Assembly: GCA_016302545.1 (NCBI GenBank)
Contig: JAEDNK010000001.1
Span: 1 to 44,568 of the forward strand
Source: Bacillota bacterium
Lineage (GTDB): Bacteria > Bacillota > Clostridia > Peptostreptococcales > Anaerovoracaceae
Reading direction: 5' to 3'
DNA length: 44,568 nucleotides
In this document: piece by piece, positions 1 to 8,995 of the stretch
Layout: the number at the start of each line of letters is the position of its first letter
Position numbering within the stretch: position 1 is the first letter of the stretch
Made by a program: the position numbers and the translations under genes
The notes under the pieces: generated by a model
What the model saw: only the letters and a program-made list of their open reading frames with translations
Told to the model about the DNA's origin: nothing
Databases searched by the model: none

Positions 1-914
1 TTTCCCTGCCATGTATCAAGCAGATTAAGTCTGTCGTTTATGCCGTTTAATATGGTACGCTTGTTGAAGCTCCAAGGCGGGCTTATAAGTATAGGGCGAG
101 GAGCGTCCCCTGTAAGCCTGTGAATGGTCACCTGAGGGGGTATAAGCTCCAGACAGTCAACTGCAAGGGAAACATATTCTTCAATGGAACCGAAGGGCTG
201 GTAGTCGGGATAGAGATATTCCATCTGCGAGCCCTTTACTACATTGAGAAGATGAAGCTTCATGCCGAAAAGACCGCCTCTGGAAGATACATAGCGGACG
301 GAATCAAGCATCATTTGGCGGCTTTCACCGGGCAGCCCAAGTATGAGATGCACTACGGTCTTTATGCCTCGGGAATGAAGACGCTCCATGGCATCGTCAA
401 AGACGGCAAGGTCGTAGCATCTGTTAATAAGGCGGGCTGTTTCGTCGTGAATGGTCTGAAGCCCCAGTTCCACCCACAGGAAGTGGGTTTTATTTATTTC
501 GGAAAGAAGCTCAAGCACATCGTCGGGGAGGCAGTCGGGACGGGTGCCAATTACAAGACCCTTGATTTTTGGATTTTCCAGCACTGTATAATATTTGGTA
601 CGCAGCTCTGAAACAGGTCCATAGGTGTTGGTGTGATTCTGAAAGTACGCAAGATAACCTGCGTCGGGCCATTTGTCCGAGAGGAGGCGTATTTGATCGT
701 CGATATCGGAAGCAAATTCACCTGAGCCGCTGTCAGAGCAGAAAATGCAGCCGCCAACGCCTTTGCTGCCATCACGGTTGGGGCAGGAAAAGCCCCCGTC
801 AATGGCAAGCTTTATTGTCTTGCAGCCGAACTCCCTCTTAAGCCAGGTGCTTATGGAGTGATATCGCCGGCCTCCGTATAAATCTCTTAAATCTTCACTA
901 AATACTTTGCTCAT
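1..914 (-). CDS. TIGR01212-family radical SAM protein (YtqA/YhcC-like), 3' end outside window
   Basis: Not in the ORF track because it runs off the window edge. Reverse-strand translation from ATG (complement of 912-914) reads MSKVFSEDLRDLYGGRRYHSISTWLKREFGCKTIKLAIDGGFSCPNRDGSKGVGGCIFCSDSGSGEF...GTRPDCL...ELGLQTIHDETA..., with the CPNRDG-x7-C-x2-C cluster motif typical of this family. The 120..611(+) ORF is its antisense shadow. Confidence 0.85.
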   Translation of the reverse strand, partial: MSKVFSEDLRDLYGGRRYHSISTWLKREFGCKTIKLAIDGGFSCPNRDGSKGVGGCIFCSDSGSGEFASDIDDQIRLLSDKWPDAGYLAYFQNHTNTYGPVSELRTKYYTVLENPKIKGLVIGTRPDCLPDDVLELLSEINKTHFLWVELGLQTIHDETARLINRCYDLAVFDDAMERLHSRGIKTVVHLILGLPGESRQMMLDSVRYVSSRGGLFGMKLHLLNVVKGSQMEYLYPDYQPFGSIEEYVSLAVDCLELIPPQVTIHRLTGDAPRPILISPPWSFNKRTILNGINDRLNLLDTWQG

Positions 915-1005
915 ATTGCTATTTTCCCTTTAATTCTTCACCGAAATGTGATATACTATATAATCTATAATATAAAATAAATCTTGTCAAGAAAGGGAAG
1001 AAACC

Positions 1006-1686
1006 ATGGTCAAAAAGGCAGAGCCGGCAGTGGCTGTACAACCGAATACAATTGAAAACATCAATATGTTTCAGGAACAGCCGGAGACTGAGGCTCAAAA
1101 GAGAACTCTTCTTTTGCACTCCTGCTGCGGACCCTGCAGTACGGCTTGCATAGAGCGCCTTTTGCCCGATTACAAGGTGACAGTATTCTTTTACAATCCC
1201 AACATAACGGAGAGAGATGAATACGAACGCAGGAGAGAAGCCCAGATTAAGTTTCTCAGAGAGTATAACGAGAGAATTCCCGAAGAGGACAGGGTTGAAT
1301 TTATTGAAGGAGAATATTTGCCGGAGGACTTCTTTGAGGTCTGTTCCGGCTTCAGCAACGAACCGGAAGGCGGAAGGCGATGCACGGAATGCTTCAGACT
1401 GAGAATGGAGCGCACCGCACATGTGGCTCTCAAAACGGACCATGCCATGTTCGGCACCACTCTCACCGTAAGCCCACATAAAAACTACATGCTGATTTCA
1501 GCCATAGGCGCAGAGCTTCAGCGTATATACGGAATAGAGTTTCTGGATGTGGATTTCAAGAAAAAAGCCGGATTTCAGAGAAGCATTGAAATGTCAAAGG
1601 AATACGAGCTATATCGCCAAAACTACTGCGGGTGCGTGTATTCCATGCGCACAGACAAGCAGGCAAACAAACAGAAAAATGATTAA
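1006..1686 (+). CDS. queH: Epoxyqueuosine reductase QueH (DUF208)
   Basis: 226 aa. Has LLLHSCCGPCS, RRCTECFRLR and NYCGCVYS cysteine motifs characteristic of QueH. RBS-like AAGGGAAG lies upstream. Confidence 0.85.
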   Translation: MVKKAEPAVAVQPNTIENINMFQEQPETEAQKRTLLLHSCCGPCSTACIERLLPDYKVTVFFYNPNITERDEYERRREAQIKFLREYNERIPEEDRVEFIEGEYLPEDFFEVCSGFSNEPEGGRRCTECFRLRMERTAHVALKTDHAMFGTTLTVSPHKNYMLISAIGAELQRIYGIEFLDVDFKKKAGFQRSIEMSKEYELYRQNYCGCVYSMRTDKQANKQKND

Positions 1687-1711
1687 AGCACTTCAAAGGA
1701 GGACTAGATAA

Positions 1712-2722
1712 ATGAACAGCTTAATTTTACCAAAGGATTATGAATCAGCCATTGATCTCATGGAAAGCCAGAGGGCAATCAAGAAAATCAAGGACTATTT
1801 TCAGCAGGAACTGGCCTACGGACTCAATCTTCGCAGAGTTTCAGCACCTCTCTTTGTAGACCCGAGAACAGGTCTTAACGATAACCTCAACGGCGTAGAA
1901 AGAAGAGTTGAATTCACATTAAAGGGCATAGACGAGCTTACGGTAGAGGTAGTTCAGTCCCTTGCCAAGTGGAAGAGAATGGCCCTGGGCAAATACGGAA
2001 TTGAGCCGGGACACGGCATTTATACCGATATGAACGCTATCAGAAGAGATGAGGACCTTGATAATCTCCACTCCGTGTATGTGGACCAGTGGGACTGGGA
2101 AAAGGTAATCACCAAGGAGCAGAGGACGGAGGAATATCTGAAAGAGACAGTAACCACCATCTACAATGCGGTTAAAAATCTGGGTGACTATGTAAACAGA
2201 CTTTACAGAAACATTCAGACAGAAATCCCTAACGAAATTTTCTTTATAACCACAAGAGAGCTGGAGGCTATGTATCCCGACCTTACACCTAAGGAAAGAG
2301 AGGATGCCATCACCAAGGAGCACGGCGCCGTATTCATAATGAAGATAGGCGGAAGACTTGCGTCAGGCGAAAAGCACGACGGCCGCTCACCTGACTATGA
2401 CGACTGGGAATTAAACGGAGATATTATCCTCTGGAACGAGATTCTCGACAGAGCCTTTGAGATTTCCTCCATGGGAATCCGTGTCGATTCAGAGGCTATG
2501 AAGAGACAGCTTGAAGCAGAGGGCTGTCCTGAAAGAGCAGAGCTTGATTTCCAGAAGGCAGTTATCGAAGGCAGACTTCCGTATACCATAGGCGGAGGTA
2601 TAGGCCAGAGCAGACTTTGCATGTATTTCCTTAGAAAAGCTCATATCGGCGAAGTACAGGTTTCAGTATGGCCTGAGGAAATGATTAAGGAGTGCGAGGC
2701 TCATAACATCCACCTGCTGTAA
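1712..2722 (+). CDS. asnA: Aspartate--ammonia ligase (asparagine synthetase A)
   Basis: 336 aa of AsnA length and layout. N-terminus ...RAIKKIKDYFQQEL..., VSAPLFV, and C-terminal GGGIGQSRLCMYFL signature. AGGAGG RBS. Confidence 0.9.
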   Translation: MNSLILPKDYESAIDLMESQRAIKKIKDYFQQELAYGLNLRRVSAPLFVDPRTGLNDNLNGVERRVEFTLKGIDELTVEVVQSLAKWKRMALGKYGIEPGHGIYTDMNAIRRDEDLDNLHSVYVDQWDWEKVITKEQRTEEYLKETVTTIYNAVKNLGDYVNRLYRNIQTEIPNEIFFITTRELEAMYPDLTPKEREDAITKEHGAVFIMKIGGRLASGEKHDGRSPDYDDWELNGDIILWNEILDRAFEISSMGIRVDSEAMKRQLEAEGCPERAELDFQKAVIEGRLPYTIGGGIGQSRLCMYFLRKAHIGEVQVSVWPEEMIKECEAHNIHLL

Positions 2723-2760
2723 GCGCTTCAGTTAATTCAGAGGAGAACTATTAAACTTCA

Positions 2761-4791
2761 ATGAAATATATCAATGTAATCATCGAAAACAAAAGCCGAC
2801 ATACGGACAATTTCTTTACATATCGTACCCAGCGGGATGATATTTTCGTGGGAGCCAAGGTTATAGTGCCTTTTGGACCGAAGAACCGTGCCAAGGAAGG
2901 CTTTGTATTTGAGATTACGGATAATCCTCAATGTCCGGAAGATAAGATTAAGGATATTCTGGAAATAAGAGAAACAGAATCCCTCACAGAGGAAATAATA
3001 AAAACCGTCACATGGATGAAGCAGAGGTACGCCACAAAATATTTTGACGGCCTGCGCTGCTTCATTCCGGCGGGAAAGCCTGCAAAAGAGGGAAAAGAAA
3101 AGGAACCATATAAAGACATAGAAGGAAAGTATCGGCCGCCGGAGGCTCTCACGGCAGAGCAGCAGGCGGCTGTAGATGAGATAGGAAAGGCATTGGACCC
3201 TTCAGAGGGCATAGCAAAGAAGAAGGAGCAGAAAATATTTCTTCTCCACGGAGTTACTGCCAGCGGCAAGACCGAGGTATATATGGAAGTCATCGAAAAA
3301 TGCCTGAAACAGGGAAAGACGGCCATAATGCTGGTGCCGGAGATATCCCTTACAGGTCAGGTGATTGAACGCTTTGCGGGACGCTTCGGCAAGGAGAAGC
3401 TTGCGGTTATGCATAGCAAGCTTACGCCGCGGGAAAGATATGACGAGTGGCAGCGGATAAGGAGAGGCGGCGCTCCCATAGTAATCGGCGCCCGCATGGG
3501 CGTATTTGCCCCTCTCCAAAACATAGGTGCTGTCATACTGGATGAAGAACATGAGGCCACATACAAAGCCGATATGACACCTAAATACGACACCGTGGAA
3601 GTAGCGGCCAAAAGGCTGAAGTACTCCGGCGGTGTGCTTGTTTTAGGAAGCGCAACTCCGTCGGTAACCTCCTACCAGAGATACAAAGACGGCATATATA
3701 AGCTAATTGAATTAAAGGAAAGATACAATAAAACCCCCCTGCCTGCGGTGGAAATAGCGGATATGCGAAAAGAACTCAGGGAGGGAAATACGACGATTTT
3801 CAGCAGCGTACTTTATGATGCTATGGAAAGGGCTCTCGATGAAGGCAGACAGATAATACTGCTGCAGAACAGGAGAGGCTATTCCAATTTCGTGTCCTGC
3901 CGTGAATGCGGAAAGGTTATGAAATGTCCTGAATGCGGTATTTCACTTACATACCATCGCAATGACAGCAGAGGAGAAGCTATGGTATGCCACTACTGCG
4001 GGCGAAAAGTCCCCGTGCCGGATAAATGTCCCGAATGCGGCAGCAGATACATAAAATATTTCGGTATAGGCACAGAGCAGGTGGAGGAAGCCGTAAAACA
4101 GTTTTTTCCAAGGGCCAATACAGCAAGGCTCGACCTTGACGCCGTGAAAAACAGAAGAGCTCTAGATATAATTCTAGGAGACTTTTCCAAGAAAAAGACG
4201 GACATACTTATTGGCACACAGATGGTTGCAAAGGGACTGGACTTTGACAATGTAGGTGTCGTAGGGGTGATAGCCGCTGATGTAACCCTTAATATTCCGG
4301 ACTACCGCTCGGCGGAGCGAACCTTTCAGCTGGTAACCCAGGTGGCTGGGAGAGCCGGAAGAGGAAGCCGGCAGGGCCTTGTAGTCGTACAGACCTATGA
4401 CCCTGATAACTATGCACTTAAGGCAGCGGCGGCACAGGATTACGGAGAGTTTTTCCGCCAGGAAATAGCACTCAGAAAATATATGGAGTATCCGCCTTTT
4501 GGGGATATCATAATGGCAAATCTCACCTCTGAAAAGGAGGACGCAGCCAAAGGCTGTGCCGAGAGATGCCGAGCCTATATGGAAAAGGAAAGTACATGGA
4601 AGGTGCTTTCGCCAAAGGTAGCTCTTAGCTTTAAGGGAAAGGAAAGCTTCAGATACTATGTGCTGATAAAATGCCCCAAGACGGAGAGAAACCGCTGCGT
4701 CTTTTACCTTGATAATTTCAGCAAAATTTTGCTTAGAGATAAAGTGGATTGCGTCCTTGGAATAGATGTAAATCCATACAGCTTTTTTTAA
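2761..4791 (+). CDS. priA: Primosomal replication-restart helicase PriA
   Basis: 676 aa. Walker A GVTASGKTEVY, DEEHE box, and the double Cys4 zinc region CRECGKVMKCPECG...CHYCGRK...CPECGS. Confidence 0.92.
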   Translation: MKYINVIIENKSRHTDNFFTYRTQRDDIFVGAKVIVPFGPKNRAKEGFVFEITDNPQCPEDKIKDILEIRETESLTEEIIKTVTWMKQRYATKYFDGLRCFIPAGKPAKEGKEKEPYKDIEGKYRPPEALTAEQQAAVDEIGKALDPSEGIAKKKEQKIFLLHGVTASGKTEVYMEVIEKCLKQGKTAIMLVPEISLTGQVIERFAGRFGKEKLAVMHSKLTPRERYDEWQRIRRGGAPIVIGARMGVFAPLQNIGAVILDEEHEATYKADMTPKYDTVEVAAKRLKYSGGVLVLGSATPSVTSYQRYKDGIYKLIELKERYNKTPLPAVEIADMRKELREGNTTIFSSVLYDAMERALDEGRQIILLQNRRGYSNFVSCRECGKVMKCPECGISLTYHRNDSRGEAMVCHYCGRKVPVPDKCPECGSRYIKYFGIGTEQVEEAVKQFFPRANTARLDLDAVKNRRALDIILGDFSKKKTDILIGTQMVAKGLDFDNVGVVGVIAADVTLNIPDYRSAERTFQLVTQVAGRAGRGSRQGLVVVQTYDPDNYALKAAAAQDYGEFFRQEIALRKYMEYPPFGDIIMANLTSEKEDAAKGCAERCRAYMEKESTWKVLSPKVALSFKGKESFRYYVLIKCPKTERNRCVFYLDNFSKILLRDKVDCVLGIDVNPYSFF

Positions 4792-4825
4792 TGATACAGT
4801 GGAAATAAAATCGGAGGAAATATTA

Positions 4826-5317
4826 ATGGCAATCAGAAATGTCGTAGTAGAAGGCGACGAAATCTTAAGAAAAAAATGCAGAGAAGTAGGAACTGTCACG
4901 GACAGAATCAGACAGACCATGGAGGATATGCTGGAAACCATGCGCGAGGCACGGGGAGTGGGAATCGCAGGACCACAGGTAGGTGTCATGAGAAGGATGT
5001 TTGTGGCAGAGCCGGAGCCGGAGAGAGTGTATTTTATGATAGATCCGGTGATTTTAGAAAAAAGCGGAAGTCAGATTGACGATGAAGGCTGTCTCAGTGT
5101 ACCGGGCATGATAGGCACAGTTGAAAGACCGGACTACATCAAAATCGAAGCAACAGACCTTGAGGGAAACAGACAGGTCTACGAATTCAGAGATTTTGAC
5201 GCCAGAGTTATGTGTCACGAAAACGACCATCTGGACGGAATTCTGTTTACCGACAAGGCGACAAACATAAGGGACGCAGCCGAGGAATACTGTGACGATT
5301 ACGAGGATGAGGAATAA
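4826..5317 (+). CDS. def: Peptide deformylase
   Basis: Motifs GIAGPQVG, EGCLSVPG and HENDHLDG. The ORF-track start at 4799 is GTG. GGAGG at 4813-4817 favours the ATG at 4826 (MAIRNVV...). Confidence 0.92.
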   Translation: MAIRNVVVEGDEILRKKCREVGTVTDRIRQTMEDMLETMREARGVGIAGPQVGVMRRMFVAEPEPERVYFMIDPVILEKSGSQIDDEGCLSVPGMIGTVERPDYIKIEATDLEGNRQVYEFRDFDARVMCHENDHLDGILFTDKATNIRDAAEEYCDDYEDEE

Positions 5318-6249
5318 TGAAAACGGTATTTATGGGAACTCCTGATTTTGCGGCGGTTATACTGGAAGCGCTGGCAAAGAGCCGCCATGAGATCGCTTAT
5401 GCGGTGACCCAGCCCGACAAAGCCAAAAACAGGGGCAAGAAAATTCAATATACGCCGGTGAAGGAGCTGGCTCTGGAAAAGGGCATAGAAGTGCTGCAGC
5501 CGGAGAAGGTGCGGGGAAACGAGGATTTTATCGGGCAGATGAGAGAATGTGCGCCTGACATAATGATAGTTGCTGCCTACGGACAGATTCTGCCCAAGGA
5601 AATTCTGGAGCTTCCGAAGTACGGCTGCATCAATGTACATGCCTCTCTTTTGCCAAAGCTGAGGGGTGCTGCACCTATACAGAAAGCAATAATCGACGGG
5701 GAAAAGGAAACCGGCGTGACCATAATGCAGATGGCAGAAGGCCTTGATACAGGGGATATGCTCCTGAAGGAGTCTGTGGAAATCGGCGACATGAATTACA
5801 GCCGGCTTCACGACAGGCTTGCACAGATAGGTTCGGGGCTTATGCTCAGAGCTCTTGACCTGATAGGGGAAGGAAAAATACAGCCGGAAAAGCAGGATGA
5901 CAGTCTTTCCACCTATGCACACATGATTTCCAAAGCAGACGGAAAGATTGACTTCAGCAAAAGCCCTGAGGAAATAGAAAGGCTTATTCGCGGTTTTGAC
6001 CCGTGGCCGGGGGCATTTTGCAGCTATGGTGATGAAGCGATGAAGCTCTGGAAAGCCCGGCCTTTGGAGGAAAGTACCGAGGAATATGCCTTCGGAGAAA
6101 TACTTTCCGCAGATGAGAGGGGAATTAAAATCGCCTGCGGAGGCAGAGCACTTCTGGTGACGGAAATTCAGGTGCCAGGGAAAAAACGGGTAAGCGTCAA
6201 AGAATATCTAAAAGGCAACAAGATAGAAAAAGGGAGGATTTTAGAATGA
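5317..6249 (+). CDS. fmt: Methionyl-tRNA formyltransferase
   Basis: 310 aa. HASLLPKLRGAAPIQ motif. Its start overlaps the def stop by 1 nt (TAATG). Confidence 0.92.
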   Translation: MKTVFMGTPDFAAVILEALAKSRHEIAYAVTQPDKAKNRGKKIQYTPVKELALEKGIEVLQPEKVRGNEDFIGQMRECAPDIMIVAAYGQILPKEILELPKYGCINVHASLLPKLRGAAPIQKAIIDGEKETGVTIMQMAEGLDTGDMLLKESVEIGDMNYSRLHDRLAQIGSGLMLRALDLIGEGKIQPEKQDDSLSTYAHMISKADGKIDFSKSPEEIERLIRGFDPWPGAFCSYGDEAMKLWKARPLEESTEEYAFGEILSADERGIKIACGGRALLVTEIQVPGKKRVSVKEYLKGNKIEKGRILE

Positions 6250-6941
6250 CATACTACGGTTCAATGATAATACTCATACCTGCCATTATTTTTACCATGT
6301 ATGCGCAGGCAAAGGTAAATTCAAATTTCAGAAGATATTCAAATGTGAGAAATTCAAGGAACATGACGGGAGCGGAGGCGGCGAGAAGAATGCTTGACGC
6401 CAACGGTCTTGGGAGCGTGCAGATAGAGCAGGTAAGGGGCAGCCTGACAGACCATTACGACCCGAGAAAGCGTGTGCTCAGGCTTTCTCAGTCGGTCTAC
6501 GGAGTAAATTCCATAGCAGCTGTAAGTGTAGCCTGTCACGAGGCGGGCCATGCGGTACAGCATGCCGAAAGCTATAAGCCGCTGAAAGTCAGAAACTCCA
6601 TAGTGCCCCTGGTAAACTTTGCGTCGTCGCTGACATGGCCTCTGGTTATACTTGGAATTATTCTGCTGGCTAACGGAAGCTACATGGGAGATTTGCTGTT
6701 TAATATCGGCGTTATAACCATGCTGGCAGTAATCCTTTTCCACACCGTTACCCTGCCCGTAGAGTTCAACGCCAGCAGCAGAGCGCTGAAGCAGATGGAT
6801 GAACTGGGAATTATCGCAGAAGAAGAAAACACAGGGGCAAAAAAGGTTCTGAGGGCGGCTGCAATGACCTATGTTGCGGCTCTTGCAACAGCTATTGCTA
6901 ACCTTCTGAGAATCCTTGCAATGAGAGGGAGCAGAGACTGA
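6246..6941 (+). CDS. Membrane zinc metallopeptidase (YugP / Zn_peptidase_2-like)
   Basis: 231 aa. HEAGHAVQH zinc motif, an N-terminal TM helix and two C-terminal TM helices. 4-nt overlap with fmt. Confidence 0.8.
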   Translation: MTYYGSMIILIPAIIFTMYAQAKVNSNFRRYSNVRNSRNMTGAEAARRMLDANGLGSVQIEQVRGSLTDHYDPRKRVLRLSQSVYGVNSIAAVSVACHEAGHAVQHAESYKPLKVRNSIVPLVNFASSLTWPLVILGIILLANGSYMGDLLFNIGVITMLAVILFHTVTLPVEFNASSRALKQMDELGIIAEEENTGAKKVLRAAAMTYVAALATAIANLLRILAMRGSRD

Positions 6942-6966
6942 TGCAGCAGGCATAAGGGTAGGATAA

Positions 6967-8244
6967 ATGGATATAAACAGAAAGACGGCCTTCGATGTCC
7001 TGATGGATGTAGAGAAGAATGAGGCTTATTCAAATCTTTCCTTAAACAACTATATAGAAAAAAACAGACCCGACAGCCCTGCCTTCGTGCGAGAACTGGT
7101 CTACGGCGTACTGAAAAACAAATTTCTTCTGGACCGGTTTTTGCAGCAGCTGATTCCATCCGGGCTTAAAAAAGTTAAAAAACAGGATCTGATGCTTCTC
7201 AGAATGGGAGTATATCAGATTTCATATATGGACTCAGTGCCCGAATACGCAGCCGTCAGCCGGACGGTGGACATGGCTAAAAAGCTGGCAAGAGGGCGCG
7301 AGGGGTTTATAAACGGAGTACTCAGAGGTTATATTCGAAACCGCCAGCAGCTTGTTTTGCCGGATAGGAAAGAGAAATTGGAAGAGTACCTTTCCGTAAT
7401 GTATTCGGTTGAGCCTTGGATTGTAAGACTATGGACAGAGGCTTACGGTGAAGAAAAGGCAGAGGAGCTGCTTAAGGCATCCAACGAAACTCCGGAGCTT
7501 TGCATAAGGGTTAACCTTATGAAAACCCACAGGGACAGTCTGAAAGAAAGACTGGAGGCGCAGGATTTTCAGGTTAAAAAATCAGAGGTTTCCTGTCGTG
7601 GACTCCTGGTAAGAGGCAGCGGACTTTTGGAGACGAAAGAATACGAGGAGGGCTTTTTCTCCGTACAGGACGAGGCGTCTATTTTGGCTTCCGATATGCT
7701 GGGAGCAGAACCTGCGGACAAAGTGGCAGATGTATGTGCCGCACCCGGGGGGAAGACCTTTGCCACGGCAGAGCTGATGGCGGGAGAAGGCGTGATTTAC
7801 GCCATGGATAAATACGAGCACAAGCTGAAGCTTATGGAGGCTCAGGCAAAGAGAGCAGGGATATACAATATAAGGCTTTTACTGCACGACAGTACTGCGC
7901 CTCGCCAAGAGCTAAAGGGACAAATGGATAAAGTGCTGGCAGATGTACCATGCTCCGGACTTGGGGTGATGAGGAGAAAGCCTGAGATAAAATACAAAGG
8001 CAGACAGGACCTGGAGGAGCTTATAGAGCGTCAGGAGAGGATTCTTAAGGCAGCGGCAGAATATGTCAGAGCGGGAGGAATTCTTGTGTACAGCACCTGT
8101 ACCATAAATCCTTTGGAAAACGAAAATCAGATAGAAAAATTTTTAAGGGGAAATAAGGAGTTTAAAGCATTGGAGCAGAAGCAGCTGCTTCCCACGGGAG
8201 GCACCGACGGCTTCTTCATATGCAAGATGAGAAAGGAGCAATAA
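6967..8244 (+). CDS. rsmB: 16S rRNA (cytosine967-C5)-methyltransferase RsmB
   Basis: 425 aa. NusB-like N-terminal domain, SAM motif DVCAAPGGKT, and catalytic DVPCSGLG and YSTCT motifs. Confidence 0.88.
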   Translation: MDINRKTAFDVLMDVEKNEAYSNLSLNNYIEKNRPDSPAFVRELVYGVLKNKFLLDRFLQQLIPSGLKKVKKQDLMLLRMGVYQISYMDSVPEYAAVSRTVDMAKKLARGREGFINGVLRGYIRNRQQLVLPDRKEKLEEYLSVMYSVEPWIVRLWTEAYGEEKAEELLKASNETPELCIRVNLMKTHRDSLKERLEAQDFQVKKSEVSCRGLLVRGSGLLETKEYEEGFFSVQDEASILASDMLGAEPADKVADVCAAPGGKTFATAELMAGEGVIYAMDKYEHKLKLMEAQAKRAGIYNIRLLLHDSTAPRQELKGQMDKVLADVPCSGLGVMRRKPEIKYKGRQDLEELIERQERILKAAAEYVRAGGILVYSTCTINPLENENQIEKFLRGNKEFKALEQKQLLPTGGTDGFFICKMRKEQ

Positions 8245-8245
8245 A

Positions 8246-8995
8246 ATGCAGGTCGGTTTTAAATCCGATAAAGGCTTAAGACGCAGCCACAACGAGGACG
8301 CATGCTTTGTGCTGCTGCCCGACAAGGTTTATGTCGTAGCCGACGGGGTAGGCGGCGGCAATGCCGGCGAGATTGCCAGCAGAACCGCGGTAAATGAAAT
8401 AGCAAATTACGTAGTAGAACATCCGATAGCTGATATGACTAACAAATACGCCATAGTAAACTATCTGCAAAACTGTCTTGATGAAGCAAACAGCAAGATT
8501 TTCAGTATGGCAAACACCTACGAGGAAAACACCGGAATGGCCACTACGGCGATTATCGTATACGCTGCTTTCGGCAAGGTTTTTATAGCCAACGTAGGCG
8601 ACAGCAGGGTATATCTTTACAGGGGAGGTCAGCTGGTGCAGCTGACAGAGGATCATACATACGTCAATACCCTTGTAAAGGCGGGAATTCTTTCAAAGGA
8701 GCAGGCTGAGACAGACAAGAGAAAGAACGTAATAACCAAAGCTCTGGGAGCAGAGCCTACAGTGGAGCCGGACTTTTTCCAGGTGGAGATTATGAAGGAT
8801 GATATTTTCATAATATGTACCGACGGATTGTATGACGAGGTGGAAAATCCGGAAATAATTCAGGTACTCAGCAAAAATCAGTCCATGTCCGACGTGTGCA
8901 GCGAGTTGATAAACAGAGCAAACAAAAACGGTGGGCGAGATAATATTACGATTATAAGTCTAAAGGTTACGGAGGATGATATCGATGAGCAATAA
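8246..8995 (+). CDS. stp: PP2C-family Ser/Thr phosphatase (Stp/PrpC)
   Basis: 249 aa. Motifs RSHNEDA, VADGVGG, TDGL and GGRDNIT. Starts 1 nt after the rsmB stop. Confidence 0.88.
   Translation: MQVGFKSDKGLRRSHNEDACFVLLPDKVYVVADGVGGGNAGEIASRTAVNEIANYVVEHPIADMTNKYAIVNYLQNCLDEANSKIFSMANTYEENTGMATTAIIVYAAFGKVFIANVGDSRVYLYRGGQLVQLTEDHTYVNTLVKAGILSKEQAETDKRKNVITKALGAEPTVEPDFFQVEIMKDDIFIICTDGLYDEVENPEIIQVLSKNQSMSDVCSELINRANKNGGRDNITIISLKVTEDDIDEQ

Noticed and set aside
120-611. 163-aa plus-strand ORF and the neighbouring 551..808(-) and 569..841(+) ORFs
   Set aside because: They are alternative-frame or antisense shadows of the real minus-strand radical SAM gene (1..914). That gene's translation carries the family's cysteine motif. 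The shadow translations have no recognisable motifs.
915-1005. Possible preQ1 riboswitch upstream of queH
   Set aside because: The 91-nt AT-rich spacer shows no preQ1-I/II-like stem and A-rich tail pattern. It looks like plain divergent promoters.
4212-4230. TGGCAC ... TTGCA pair
   Set aside because: The spacer is 8 nt instead of 5, and the element is internal to priA.
4174-4989. 271-aa minus-strand ORF; similarly 5299..5922(-), 6354..6953(-) and 35166..35762(-)
   Set aside because: They lie antisense to well-supported genes (priA/def, fmt, Zn peptidase, queA). Their composition is Cys/Arg/Ser/His-rich, as expected for antisense frames, with no RBS and no motifs.
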